From Macrostomum lignano (taxonomy: Eukaryota), in contig NIVC01001512.1 of NCBI GenBank assembly GCA_002269645.1, positions 186,001 to 250,000 on the forward strand: DNA of 64,000 nucleotides, given 5' to 3'. The notes beneath the pieces were generated by a model. That model made no database searches, had not been told where the DNA came from, and worked only from the letters and a program-made list of their open reading frames with translations. Positions 23,850 to 36,229 of this stretch are shown piece after piece (within the stretch, counting starts at the first letter, position 1; every line of letters starts with the position of its first letter). A program made the position numbers and the translations under genes.

Positions 23850-24412
23850 CTAATCTTTAAGGTGTCCGGAGCTATGCCAATCCTTCAGGTGTCCGCAGCT
23901 ATGCCAATCCTTCAGGTGTCCGCAGCTATGCCAATCCTTCAGGTGTCTGCAGCTATGCCAATCCTTCAGGTGTCCGCAGCTATGCCAATCCTTCAGGTGT
24001 CCGCAGCTATGCCAATCCTTCAGGTGTCCGCAGCTATGCCAATCCTTCAGGTGTCCGCAGCTATGCCAATCCTTCAGGTGTCCGCAGCTATGCCAATCCT
24101 TCAGGTGTCCGCAGCTATGCCAATCCTTCAGGTGTCTGCAGCTATGCCAATCCTTCAGGTGTCTGCAGCTATGCCAATCCTTCAGGTGTCTGCAGCTATG
24201 CCAATCCTTCAGGTGTCTGCAGCTATGCCAATCCTTCAGGTGTCTGCAGCTATGCCAATCCTTCAGGTGTCCGCAGCTATGCCAATCCTTCAGGTGTCCG
24301 CAGCTATGCCAATCCTTCAGGTGTCCGCAGCTATGCCAATCCTTCAGGTGTCCGCAGCTATGCCAATCCTTCAGGTGTCCGCAGCTATGCCAATCCTTCA
24401 GGTGTCCGCAGC
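23850..24412. repeat. 27-bp minisatellite
   Basis: gtgtc(c/t)gcagctatgccaatccttcag, about 20 near-perfect copies. Confidence 0.95.
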
Positions 24413-24500
24413 TATATTACCCCGTCTACATTCAAATGTCCCTGTTACCGCTCTCCTTCAGGTGTGTCCGCTGCATGCTGTCTGTCTTCAGTGCTAAAAT

Positions 24501-24566
24501 TAGGGGTCACAAAATCCCGGATTCTGTCAATCCCGGGATCCCGGGATTCCGGGATTGTGACCCCTA
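24501..24566. mobile_element. 66-bp miniature hAT-type MITE
   Basis: TIR TAGGGGTCACAA/TTGTGACCCCTA, internal atcccgg repeats, perfect 8-bp TSD GCTAAAAT. Confidence 0.88.
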
Positions 24567-24816
24567 GCTAAAATGTTTCTAATCCGCATTTTGTTAATCA
24601 ATTAAATTGAATTTAAAATAAAACAATTTTCAGAGTTCCGACCTCTTGTTTTATCGGCTTCATTTGCAAATCGATAAATTCTTTGATTCTGGCACCAGCA
24701 TGTCTGTCTGTTAATCTGTCTGACAGCCTATAATTACTTTGATTTGGTACTGGTTGCCCCGGTAGGCGGTATACACTCTCGTTGCTAAAATATAAATTAC
24801 CTTAATACCGTCATTG

Positions 24817-24818
<2 letters not shown>

Positions 24819-24903
<85 letters not shown>
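24819..24903. repeat. (GA)n microsatellite
   Basis: Pure GA run. Confidence 0.97.
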
Positions 24904-24905
<2 letters not shown>

Positions 24906-25699
24906 GAACTGAGGGAACAGACACATGCTATCTGAAGCAGAAATTCCCACAATTCTTTTGCCCATTTTTAACGCGAAGCGCACTTGAAGAATTGTGTTAT
25001 CCGATCCGTCTACTAATTATTGGTCTAAACGCCGAATTGGGGCCTAAAAGCCGAGTTATTCCGATTAAGAGAAGGAGCGAAGGTAAAAACGGAGGTAAAT
25101 AATAAAAAGTTTGGTTGCACGGCCATCAGTAGCAAGCTGCTTTTCCAATACTGGGATCTGCACGTGGGTGTGTATGTGGGTGGGAACTTTGACAATCAGC
25201 TTGTCAAATATTAGACAAGCTGCAGTGCGATTTAAATACAGGAAGAATGCGAGGTGTGGGAGGCGAGAGGCACTGCTCTACCCGGGCTTCGTTGAGCTCA
25301 CTGACGAGTAGGGTTGAAATTTCGTCTCTATGCTTGTTTACTACCAGGTGCATCTCCACCTCCTGACTTGGTTTCTTCGGATTTCACTGATCCTTAGTGA
25401 AAGTCAAATAAGGACCTAAGGTCGAGCTTTAATAGCTTCCTCCTCCTCCCACACACCTGGTTATAGGTGAGGTGGAGAGATGGCAGTTCTGCCACCAGTT
25501 CCGGTGTTTCTCCCCTGAGTCAGGGAGTCTATTAGACACAAGCCTTCTGGAGAGGAACCCCCCAGCTTAAGATGTGTCCATCGTTTTTTTTTTACACTAA
25601 AAAGATAGGAAGAAGACAGCGCGAGCCTTTCTGTCAAAATATTGAATAACCTTAACGAAACTTAAATAACATTAGCTTTGAAAACTCAAAATGTGCTTG

Positions 25700-25925
25700 T
25701 GGCGCTAAAGTGAGTGGCTGCGGCGCTAAAATGAGTGGCTGCGGCGCTAAAATGAGTGACTGCGGCGCTAAAATGAGTGACTGCGGCGCTAAAATGAGTC
25801 CATGCGACGCTAAAATGAGTGACTGCGGCGCTAAAATGAGTGACTGCGGCGCTAAAATGAGTGACTGCGGCGCTAAAATGAGTGACTGCGGCGCTAAAAT
25901 GAGTGACTGCGGCGCTAAAATGAGC
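25700..25925. repeat. 21-bp minisatellite
   Basis: gcggcgctaaaatgagtgact units. Confidence 0.93.
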
Positions 25926-26469
25926 TTCAAAAGAGTTAATTCAACGATTTTTCAAAACCGGAGCTGCTTTTCTATGCGCGTCAAGAAATCCTCCTCCTTT
26001 GAGTTTCCTACTCGTAATTTTTTTGGAATCCGTAGAAGAATTCTTGCTACTTCGTATCTCTTAACTGGTGGCTTATATCTCTACGTTCAATTAGAGATTT
26101 TTATGAAATAGTAAGGTTTCGTGAGATCCAAGTTGAAAACTTAACTTAAAAATTGTGAAGTCTAAATTTTGGCTTAAGCAAGAAAGAATCGTATTTAATC
26201 TCAAATCTGTACTGAAAAAATGTGTTTAGTCTAGAGATTTTACGTCTAAAACAAATTGAGTTGAGCGTTACTTGTAAAACGCGATTTCTGTTACTCTTTT
26301 CTCGTCTCTCTTTATCCAAATTCAAGGCCAATGAAAATTTTTCTTTTGGCAACAGTTTTGCCTATCCAGATTCTACATTCATGTACTTTCTGGTCTGGGC
26401 GACGGCTTCCTTATCCAGATTCTAGGTCTAAGGAATTCATGCTTTAGGCAGGATTTAAGGGTCTACGAG

Positions 26470-26870
26470 TATGATTCATCCAGATTCTAGGTCTGTAACT
26501 CCAATATTAGTGTTGGTTTCCCCATCCAGATTCTAGGTCTGGAACTCCAATATTAGTGTTGGTTTCCCCATCCAGATTCTAGGTCTGGAACTCCAATATT
26601 AGTGTTGGTTTCCCTATCCAGATTCTAGGTCTGGAACTCCAATATTAATGTTGGTTTCCCTATCCAGATTCTAGGTCTGGAACTCCAATATTAGTGTTGG
26701 TTTCCCTATCCAGATTCTAGGTCTGGAACTCCAATATTAGTGTTGGTTTCCCTATCCAGATTCTAGGTCTGGAACTCCAATATTAATGTTGGTTTCCCTA
26801 TCCAGATTCTCGGTCTGGAACTCCAATATTAATGTTGGTTTCCCTATCCAGATTCTCGGTCAGGAGCTCC
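26470..26870. repeat. 46-bp minisatellite
   Basis: atccagattctaggtctggaactccaatattagtgttggtttccc(c/t) units. Confidence 0.93.
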
Positions 26871-28614
26871 ATGCTTTTAATTGGCAGAATCCAACAACAG
26901 AGCGGCATTTGAGCCGGAACGCATAATTTCTTTAAACCAACCTTTCTGTCCCAGTTTTGAAATTTTACTAAAGCTGCGGAATGACGGCTCTGGCCTCCAA
27001 GGCGAGGGAAAGGGCCATAAAGCCATCAATTTTTTTTCTGTTGCACATCTTGGGATTTTCAAGCAGATTTTCCTAACTCGCGCAGGGATTGTTTTAACAA
27101 TCCTGACTAGGCGCTGCAACTCAGTTGCTAGGATTCTTCTATGAGGTTGAATTTTGGCCTCCAAGTGCGGATTTTTTCAAAAGAACAAACCAACTGTGCT
27201 TGTGTCGTAAAATGTAAAAGTACAACTACAGTGACTGCGGCATACGTCAGTTTCATTCTGTCGGATTAGATAATAAACTTTTATGGCATATGGCTAGTAT
27301 GGTGTCTATAGCGTCTGTATTGCTGCGCCAGATTGCACTAATAAATATTTCATAGCTTAATTGCTTGAAAGGCAAGTTTTTGGTCGAAGTCAAATGCAAG
27401 CTGTGTAGAGCAGAAATAAAATTGTCTGCTAAGGAAATTTTCTACTTTAATTAATTTAGGGTGGACCTGGGAAAACCTGGAGATTAAATCAGCTAGCTCA
27501 TTGTAACATTACATTGATTAGCAGCTTCTATGGAGCATATTTTGCACTGATTTCTATAATTCTGTCTTGAAATTTGTGCATAAATACACAGCACATCTCA
27601 AAGTTCATTTTCTATATCGCATGCCTTTCTTTGTCACTCTCTGTATGAGCATGTACAACATGTCTGTGGCTATCTATGAGATATTCATGCTTGTATTGGT
27701 TAGAGGCAATTTTTCCTAACCTAAATGCACCTGGAAAACGGTCATATTGAACCTGGAAAGATCAAACCTGGAATCTAGAAATGAATAATTCAAAGCTACA
27801 TTGGCGACTGGCGTACATTGGCAAAGAAAGCGACAGACGGGCTGATTAATGCATCACCATGATCATTATCAGATAATAAAAGCAGCTTCTCAAACACAGG
27901 TAGCCATCTAACGCTAAAATTTACTCAAGTGTAGAAGCGCAGGCAATAACCGACGCGTTAATTACTGTTAGCACTCACGGCCTCATCAAATTTTGTCTGC
28001 TAAATAATGGCTTTTTACTTGAGCTCTGAAGACTGAATTGGTTGCTGTGGAAATGATATTGATATTTTAGGATATTTTGCGTTTTTTTTATAAAAACGGC
28101 TTATCACTGCCTCCTATCCTGCGGAATGACTGGGTCTGTCGAGTATGAGTTTGTAAGGCTGCTAGCACAAATATGAATAGATATAAGCCGAAATGCTGCT
28201 CGGATAAAAACAAAGCTAACAAATGCGTGCGTCTGATGGCCCATCTGGCATGCTTAATCTGTAAAAGTGCACCCCATGCAGTCGCTCCCCTGGGATCGGA
28301 GTAGGGGGTTGGGTTCGACACTAGAAAATGTCTGCTGTGAGCCCGAGGCAGAAAGCATCTCGCCAAATCCAGCCAGATGCTGGCGCGACTGTTGTGAGCA
28401 GTGCGGCCATTGGCAATCACTCATTTGGCTTCCCGACTCCCCGATATATATATTGGCCTAAAAATGCGCTATTGTTATTGATAGCGGTGGGGATGCTCAG
28501 ACGGTTAGCCAGACATGCCGAGCTGATAGACACGCGTGGGCGTAAAAACAACAGAGTACTCTCAGTGAAATAGACAGCTAAAAATGCCAGGCAGACATGC
28601 AAATAGATTACTAG

Positions 28615-28625
28615 TACGGACAGAC

Positions 28626-28663
<38 letters not shown>

Positions 28664-28698
28664 TAGACAGACAGATAGACAAGACAGACAGACAGAAG

Positions 28699-28729
<31 letters not shown>

Positions 28730-28831
28730 CAGACAGACAGTTAAATAAAGACAGACAGACAGACAGACAGACAGGCAGGCTGACAGACAGACAAATAGAC
28801 AAGACAGACAGACAGACAGTTAAATAGAGGC

Positions 28832-28884
<53 letters not shown>

Positions 28885-28930
28885 GTTAAATAGAGACAGA
28901 CAAACAGACAGCCAGACAGACAGACAGACA

Positions 28931-28961
<31 letters not shown>

Positions 28962-29010
28962 TAAACAGAGACAGACAGACAGACAGACAAAAAGCAGACA
29001 GGCAGACAGT
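28615..29010. repeat. (GACA)n microsatellite
   Basis: Imperfect gaca tetramer array. Confidence 0.95.
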
Positions 29011-29108
29011 AGTTTCAGGATCTGGTATCTAGATCGTAGCCGCCGGACAAATATCAGCTGACTCGGCATTAAAAGTACAACAGAAAATCCTTCCATTCCT
29101 TCGCGCAG

Positions 29109-29301
29109 CTACTCGCCCCTAGAGATGCAGCCGCGGCTCGACTTTCTTAACTCCGATGATGCGCCCTCCCTGATGCCCCAGCTGACTGCGGCGCCCGCAG
29201 CCAGCGAAGCCGCTAGCACCGGCATTGCACCCTGGGTTCGGCAGGCGTTCGCTTCAGAGTCGGCCAGCTATCCACTCACTCTGCTGTACGTCTGGGAGCA
29301 G
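29109..29301 (+). CDS. Twin-MYND/MSS51-like gene, exon 3
   Basis: Acceptor cgcgcag, phase-compatible with exon 2; ..SESASYPLTLLYVWEQ (MSS51-like S-PLT motif); donor CAG|gtgcgt. Confidence 0.7.
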
Positions 29302-29454
29302 GTGCGTGTCCGAGACGCCAAATTGCCGCCATTTTTCCATGACGCTTTTTCGTTTTACCTACGCATTGTTAATAATTAGCGTTAGCAGATGTTTTTCGTT
29401 TGCTAAATGATCAAATTACATTATAAGTAGGAGAAGAAATCGCACCTGCAAAGA

Positions 29455-30050
29455 ATGATCCACTCCGAGAGTCATCATTAATCTACCCTGAGACTCACCA
29501 ATAATCCACTCTGAGAATCACCATTAATCCACTCTGAGAATCACCCTTAATCCACTCTGAGAATCACCCTTAATCCACTCTGAGAATCATCCTTAATCCA
29601 CTCTGAGAATCACCCTTAATCCACTCTGACAATCACCCTTAATCCACTCTGAGACTCACCAATAATCCACTCTGAGAATCACCATTAATCCACTCTGAAA
29701 ATCACCCTTAATCCACTCTGAGAATCACCCTTAATCCACTCTGAGAATCATCCTTAATCCACTCTGAGAATCACCCTTAATCCACTCTAAGAATCACCCT
29801 TAATCCACTCTGAGAATCACCATTAATCCACTCTGAGAATCACCATTAATCCACTCTGAGAATCATCCTTAATCCACTCTGAGAATCACCCTTAATCCAC
29901 TCTAAGAATCACCCTTAATCCACTTTAAGAATCACCCTTAATCCACTCTGAAAATCATCCTTAATCCACTTTGAGAGTCACCATTAATCCACTCTGAGAA
30001 TCACCCTTAATCCACTTTAAGAATCACCATTAATCCACTCTAAGAATCGC
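29455..30050. repeat. 23-bp minisatellite (TGAGAATC core) in MYND intron 3
   Basis: aatccactctgagaatcaccctt units. Confidence 0.93.
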
Positions 30051-30167
30051 CCCTCCTTAACTAGCATTAGAATCGCAGAGCCGTAAAACTAGCCCTTTTG
30101 AATGGCCCCTACTCAACAGCTTAAGCCGCCGATAAAGCCGCACCCAATCGATTATGAAATTCCGCAG

Positions 30168-30830
30168 GTTCGACCCCCGCCCGGCACAGAGCCCCTGGCC
30201 AGCCGGTCCTGTCTAACCATTCAGCTTGCGAGATGGCCTCGCAGTGTGCCAATTACCCGCGCCAACTGGGAGCTATTGTTGCACCGGCTGCCTAAGCTCA
30301 AGCTGCTTCGCATTATTCTGTTGCTTCTAGAAGCAGACAAAGAAGAGGAAAACTCTTCGGACGAGCCGGAGTCAGACGGCATCATCAACGTCTGCGACGA
30401 TTGCGCCGCTTTCGGCGCTCGCATCGAACTGCGGCGACTTCGTCTTGTCGGCGGCGAAGCTACAGCCCAAGCTGACGCCGCCGTTGACGAGCCCGACGCT
30501 GTCTGTTTGTTTAATTTACGCCGGCCGCTGGCTCTGCCGCCGGCCGCTTCTACGCCGCTGCCGCCGCTGCTGCTCCGGTCAAGCGGCGCGCCTCTGCTGG
30601 CCACGTTCGAATCCGCCAGACTCTGTCGCGATCTGCCTCGCCTGCTGGCTCCGCTGATGCCGCTGGTTAAAGCTTCGTCTGGCGGGCCCGACGGTCGAAC
30701 TAGGACTCGCTGGCCTAGCGGAGTGAACCCCGCCTTCTCCGGTCTGCCTCGCCGACTGCCGATTGAAGCGGACGGTGATCCGGCCTGCTGTCACACCAAC
30801 TGGTGCCTGAGCGTGCTGTGGGCTGACTAA
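30168..30830 (+). CDS. Twin-MYND/MSS51-like gene, exon 4 (C-terminal domain to stop)
   Basis: Acceptor ttccgcag; WELLLHRLP..CDDC..PDAVCLFN..PLLATF..NPAFSG..TNW. The four exons total 1506 nt (501 aa). Confidence 0.75.
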   Translation, partial: VRPPPGTEPLASRSCLTIQLARWPRSVPITRANWELLLHRLPKLKLLRIILLLLEADKEEENSSDEPESDGIINVCDDCAAFGARIELRRLRLVGGEATAQADAAVDEPDAVCLFNLRRPLALPPAASTPLPPLLLRSSGAPLLATFESARLCRDLPRLLAPLMPLVKASSGGPDGRTRTRWPSGVNPAFSGLPRRLPIEADGDPACCHTNWCLSVLWAD

Positions 30831-30884
30831 GCGGGTCTTTGCTGCCCGATTTGTAATTGGGGTCGGTTGGATTAGGAATATTAA

Positions 30885-32040
30885 ATCGACATCAATTGGT
30901 TATTAGTGAATATCGACATATTATATTGGTGAATATCGACATGTTATTAGTGAGTATCGACAGGTTATTGGTAAATATCGGCAGATTATATTGGTGAATA
31001 TCGACATGTTATTAGTGAGTATCGACAGGTTATTGGTAAATATCGACAGATTATATTGGTGAATATCGACATGTTATTTGTGAGTATCGACAGGTTATTG
31101 GTAAATATCGACAGATTATATTGGTGAATATCGACATGTTATTAGTGAATATCGACATGTTATTAGTGAGTATCGACATGTTATTAGTGAGTATCGACAG
31201 GTTATTGGTGAATATCGACAGATTATTGGTGAATATCGACATGTTATTAGTGAGTATCGACAGGTTATTGGTAAATATCGGCAGATTATATTGGTGAATA
31301 TCGACATGTTATTAGTGAGTATCGACAGGTTATTGGTAAATATCGACAGATTATATTGGTGAATATCGACATGTTATTAGTGAGTATCGACAGGTTATTG
31401 GTAAATATCGACAGATTATATTGGTGAATATCGACATGTTATTAGTGAGTATCGACAGGTTATTGGTAAATATCGACAGATTATATTGGTGAATATCGAC
31501 ATGTTATTTGTGAGTATCGACAGGTTATTGGTAAATATCGACAGATTATATTGGTGAATATCGACATGTTATTTGTGAGTATCGACAGGTTATTGGTAAA
31601 TATCGACAGATTATATTGGTGAATATCGACATGTTATTTGTGAGTATCGACAGGTTATTGGTAAATATCGACAGATTATATTGGTGAATATCGACATGTT
31701 ATTAGTGAATATCGACATGTTATTAGTGAGTATCGACATGTTATTAGTGAGTATCGACAGGTTATTGGTGAATATCGACAGATTATTGGTGAATATCGAC
31801 ATGTTATTAGTGAATATCGACATGTTATTAGTGAATATCGACATGTTATTAGTGAGTATCGACAGGTTATTGGTGAATATCGACAGATTATTGGTGAATA
31901 TCGACAGATTATATTGGTGAATATCGACATGTTATTAGTGAATATCGACATGTTATTAGTGAGTATCGACAGGTTATTGGTGAATATCGACAGATTATTG
32001 GTGAATATCGACATGCTATTAGTGAATATCGACATGTTGT
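30885..32040. repeat. 21-bp minisatellite with 65-bp higher-order unit
   Basis: tattggtgaatatcgacatgt variants in a recurring 23+21+21 pattern. Confidence 0.93.
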
Positions 32041-32439
32041 TAGTTATTAGAAAACGTTATTGCAAAATATCGATACACTATCTCAGTGATGTTAATGTTA
32101 TGCATACGGCAGCAATTAATATCATCGATTTGATTTACAATGGAATTCGCTAGATTTACTAGATTGGGCGTCGGTTTGAGATGCGTTCTGCATTGCTATG
32201 CATTGTTACTCAATTTTCATGTTGTTGACATTTCTAACTGCGAAAGCTATTCACTGTTTTTTTCTAAACGCGTATAACTCTAAAAAATTGTATCCAAGTA
32301 CACTATAAAAATGTGTGTAATAATGTATAGAACTTGTTTCACTCCAGAGTTTTTAACCCATGCGGAGGTTTTGCTTAACCATCTCACCATTTGTGATAAA
32401 TATTTATTGCACCTGTATCACTTGCACTTTAAACTGTGA

Positions 32440-33010
32440 ATCATCCCCGATTTCCGCCCCCTGAGAATCATCCCCTAATTTCCGCCCCTGAGAATCATCC
32501 CCAATTTCCGCCCCCTGAGAATCATCCCCAATTTCCGCCCCTGAGAATCACCCCCGATTTCCGCCCCCTGAGAATCATCCATCCCAATTTCCGCCCCCTG
32601 AGAATCATCCCCAATTTCCGCCCCCTGAGAATCATCCCCAATTTCCGCCCCCTGAGAATCATCTCCAATTTCCGCCCCCCTGAGAATTATTCCCAATTTC
32701 CGCCCCCTGAGAATCATCCCCAATTTTCGCCCCCTGAGAATCATCCCCAATTTCCGCGCGCTGAGAATCATCCCCAATTTCCTCCCCGTGAGAATCATCC
32801 CCAATTTCCTCCCCGTGAGAATCATCCCCAATTTCCGCGCGCTGAGAATCATCCCCAATTTCCGCCCGCTGAGAATCATCCCCAATTTCCGCGCCCTGAG
32901 AATCATCCCCAATTTCCTCCCCGTGAGAATCATCCCCAATTTTCGCCCCCTGAGAATCATCCCCAATTTCCGCCCCCTGAGAATCATCCCCAATTTCCGC
33001 CCCTGAGAAA
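32440..33010. repeat. ~27-bp minisatellite (TGAGAATC core)
   Basis: ctgagaatcatccccaatttccgcccc units. Confidence 0.93.
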
Positions 33011-33534
33011 AATCACATGAAGAATTGTTAACAATGGGTTGCACTTTTAAATGCCATTGCATTCTTGCAAGGCAAATTCATCGTCTAAGTGTCACTGTGT
33101 TTCGTGTTAATTTAAACTTTAGCGTCGAACGCTATCAAAGCAGTTTTTTGTCTGTATAAATAATATGTTGTTTTATGCTACTTAAAGTAGATGGCAGCAC
33201 TTTTTCTTTTTTTCTGCACGCGAGAAGTATTTATAATTCGTCACAATACAGTAAAAATTTTAAGTGGCAATTTTCCTTGCTGTTTTTATTCAATAAGTAC
33301 AGCTGAGCATTAATATGACATGGCTGAGTGCCAACTTTAAAAGAAAAACGTTACATTAGGACTCGTCTGTGTTCACACTCAAGACTAAAAAAATACTTCA
33401 GATTTCTAAATCGTTTCTGCAACTAATCTCTTTTTTTCTGCTTGAATCTTTCTAGTAAAGCACTTTTTTCTCTCCCGAAGAATGAAATTTTCTTCAGTGT
33501 CTCTTATTTACCAAGCGCACCCTTTCTCCCTTGA

Positions 33535-34545
33535 AATCTGATTTTAGGAATCGCTCTTAATCTCCCTTGAGAATCGCTCTCATTCTCCCTTGAGAATCGC
33601 TCTCATTCTCCCTTGAGAATCGCTCTCATTCTCCCTTGAGAATCGCTCTCAATCTCCCTTGAGAATCGCTCTCATTCTCCCTTGAGAATCGCTCTCAATC
33701 TCCATTGAGAATCGCTCTCATTCTCCCTTGAGAATCGCTCTCATTCTCCCTTGAGAATCGCTCTCATTCTCCCTTGAGAATCGCTCTCAATCTCCCTTGA
33801 GAATCGCTCTCAATCTCCATTGAGAATCGCTCTCATTCTCCCTTGAGAATCGCTCTCAATCTCCATTGAGAATCGCTCTCATTCTCCCTTGAGAATCGCT
33901 CTCAATCTCCCTTGAGAATCGCTCTCAATCTCCCTTGAGAATCGCTCTCATTCTCCCTTGAGAATCGCTCTCAATCTCCCTTGAGAATCGCTCTCAATCT
34001 CCATTGAGAATCGCTCTCATTCTCCCTTGAGAATCGCTCTCAATCTCCCTTGAGAATCGCTCTCAATCTCCCTTGAGAATCGCTCTCATTCTCCCTTGAG
34101 AATCGCTCTCAATCTCCCTTGAGAATCGCTCTCATTCTCCCTTGAGAATCGCTCTCAATCTCCCTTGAGAATCGCTCTCATTCTCCCTTGAGAATCGCTC
34201 TCATTCTCCCTTGAGAATCGCTCTCAATCTCCCTTGAGAATCGCTCTTATTCTCCCTTGAGAGTCGCTCTCATTCTCCCTTGAGAATCGCTAGAATTCTC
34301 CCTTGAGAATCGCTCTCATTCTCCCTTGAGAATCGCTCTCAATCTCCCTTGAGAATCGCTCTCATTCTCCCTTGAGAATCGCTCTCATTCTCCCTTGAGA
34401 ATCGCTCTCAATCTCCCTTGAGAATCGCTCTCATTCTCCCTTGAGAATCGCTCTCAATCTCCCTTGAGAATCGCTCTCAATCTCCCTTGAGAATCGCTCT
34501 CAATCTCCCTTGAGAATCGCTCTCATTCTCCCTTGAGAATCGCGC
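33535..34545. repeat. 23-bp minisatellite (TGAGAATC core)
   Basis: ctcccttgagaatcgctctca(t/a)t units. Confidence 0.95.
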
Positions 34546-35114
34546 TCAGAGCAGTTCAGACATGTCGCCGCACAATAATTTATGGCTTGTGTTATACATG
34601 GATTCTATTCGCGTTCAACATTATTCCAGACTGAGTTACATAAGCCGCAATCACAGATAATTCTCTGCATGCATATTTCCTACCTGCAATCTGCAATCAA
34701 TTAAATGTCTGTGTTTTTATTTCTGTTTCAGCTTTTATTGATTTTGACTTGTTTATTCGGTTTTTTAAAAGTACACACGAGTACATGGTATGTGCACACA
34801 CGGTTTCTGTTTAGCTGTGAAAATTCTCTTCCTGAAACTGCGTTAGCGCCGTCTGCAGCAAATTATTTGTCTTTTCAGTCTCTTTTGTGTTGACCAGCTG
34901 TTTTTTGGTTTGAGAATTTGTTATATCATGATGAATTGCCTACCTCTAGTGAGCAACTCTACTCGCTTTGTATTATATAAGTTCTGAATGTACTTATGTG
35001 ACTGTCTCAAGCAACTAGCATCCGTTGCAGCAGCTGCCTCAAATAGCTATTTTTATGTATATTAATCATTTTTCATTGTTAAGCTAAAAGCTAACATTTA
35101 CGTGGGTTCGGTTT

Positions 35115-35510
35115 AGCAGTCCATGGTAAGGCATGGGCATGATGGGTTAGCAGTCCATGGTAAGGCATGGGCATGATGGGTTAGCAGTCCATGGTAAGGC
35201 ATGGGCATGATGGGTTAGCAGTCCATGGTAAGGCATGGGCATGATGGGTTAGCAGTCCATGATAATGCATGGTCATGATGGGTTAGCAGTCCATGGTAAG
35301 GCATGGGCATGATGGGTTAGCAGTCCATGGTAATGCATGGTCATGATGGGTTAGCAGTCCATGGTAAGGCATGGGCATGATGGGTTAGCAGTCCATGGTA
35401 AGGCATGGGCATGATGGGTTAGCAGTCCATGGTAAGGCATGGTGATGATGGGTTAGCAGTCCATGGTAAGGCATGGTCATGATGGGTTAGCAGTCCATGG
35501 TAATGCATGG
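35115..35510. repeat. 34-bp minisatellite
   Basis: gggttagcagtccatggtaaggcatgggcatgat units. Confidence 0.94.
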
Positions 35511-36229
35511 GCATTGTATGCATGACAAATATTGCTTTGTTATCTCTGCTAAAGCATAGCTATTGTACTCTGACTCATTACTGCCTAGCAGGTCTTCTAT
35601 CTATAGCTGGTATTTTATGGCTAGCAGACAATTTGCAAACCAATTTGTCATCCAATCCAAAGCTAGTTTACCCGTTTTTATTCCCATTTGTATTCTCGCC
35701 ATACTCAAACTACATGTTAAGGGTTGCTTTTAAATTTCCTTATAAAAGCAATTTGCTTTGATCTGTTAATGCCGCTCAATGCAAACTCTTTTACAATGCG
35801 GGTTTTATTGATTTCTGTGTGTTCTTTTTATGCTTCAATTTTTGCAGCTGTATGATAATGCCTAAAATATTGTATACGCACATAGAATACATTGTTGTTC
35901 GGCAAAGTTTTTTTAAGTTTTGCTGTGCTGTAGCTGTTAAATTCTTAGTTTTTGCTAAGTCTTAGTTGAGCTAATCAGCTACTTGTAGTAATAAGAACAT
36001 TATTCTGTTATTCCTTAAGTGGGGAGTTATCGCTCTTTAAAAGGTGTGAAAAATTATTAATTATTAAAAATTATCATAATAATCTTCTTTCTGCTTAAGT
36101 TACTTATCCTAGACTGTTTCTATCTTTTTGAAAGTTATCTTGTCACCAAGATACCAACAGACTGCAATCAAATAAAGAATTTCAAACCCAGTTAAGTACG
36201 AACATAACAATGGGCGTGTGTATGAGTGC

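Noticed and set aside
25301-25330. CTGACGAG..GAAA..GTC as a second hammerhead ribozyme
   Set aside because: Stems I and II do not pair.
28267-28465. Minus-strand IYIGESGSQMSDCQWPH resembling a GIY-YIG YIGETGR motif
   Set aside because: The upstream VY..C..C and the downstream R..E..I..L motifs are missing in frame.
35115-35510. GGGTTAG in each unit as an interstitial telomeric repeat
   Set aside because: Only one hexamer per 34-bp unit, not a tandem TTAGGG run.
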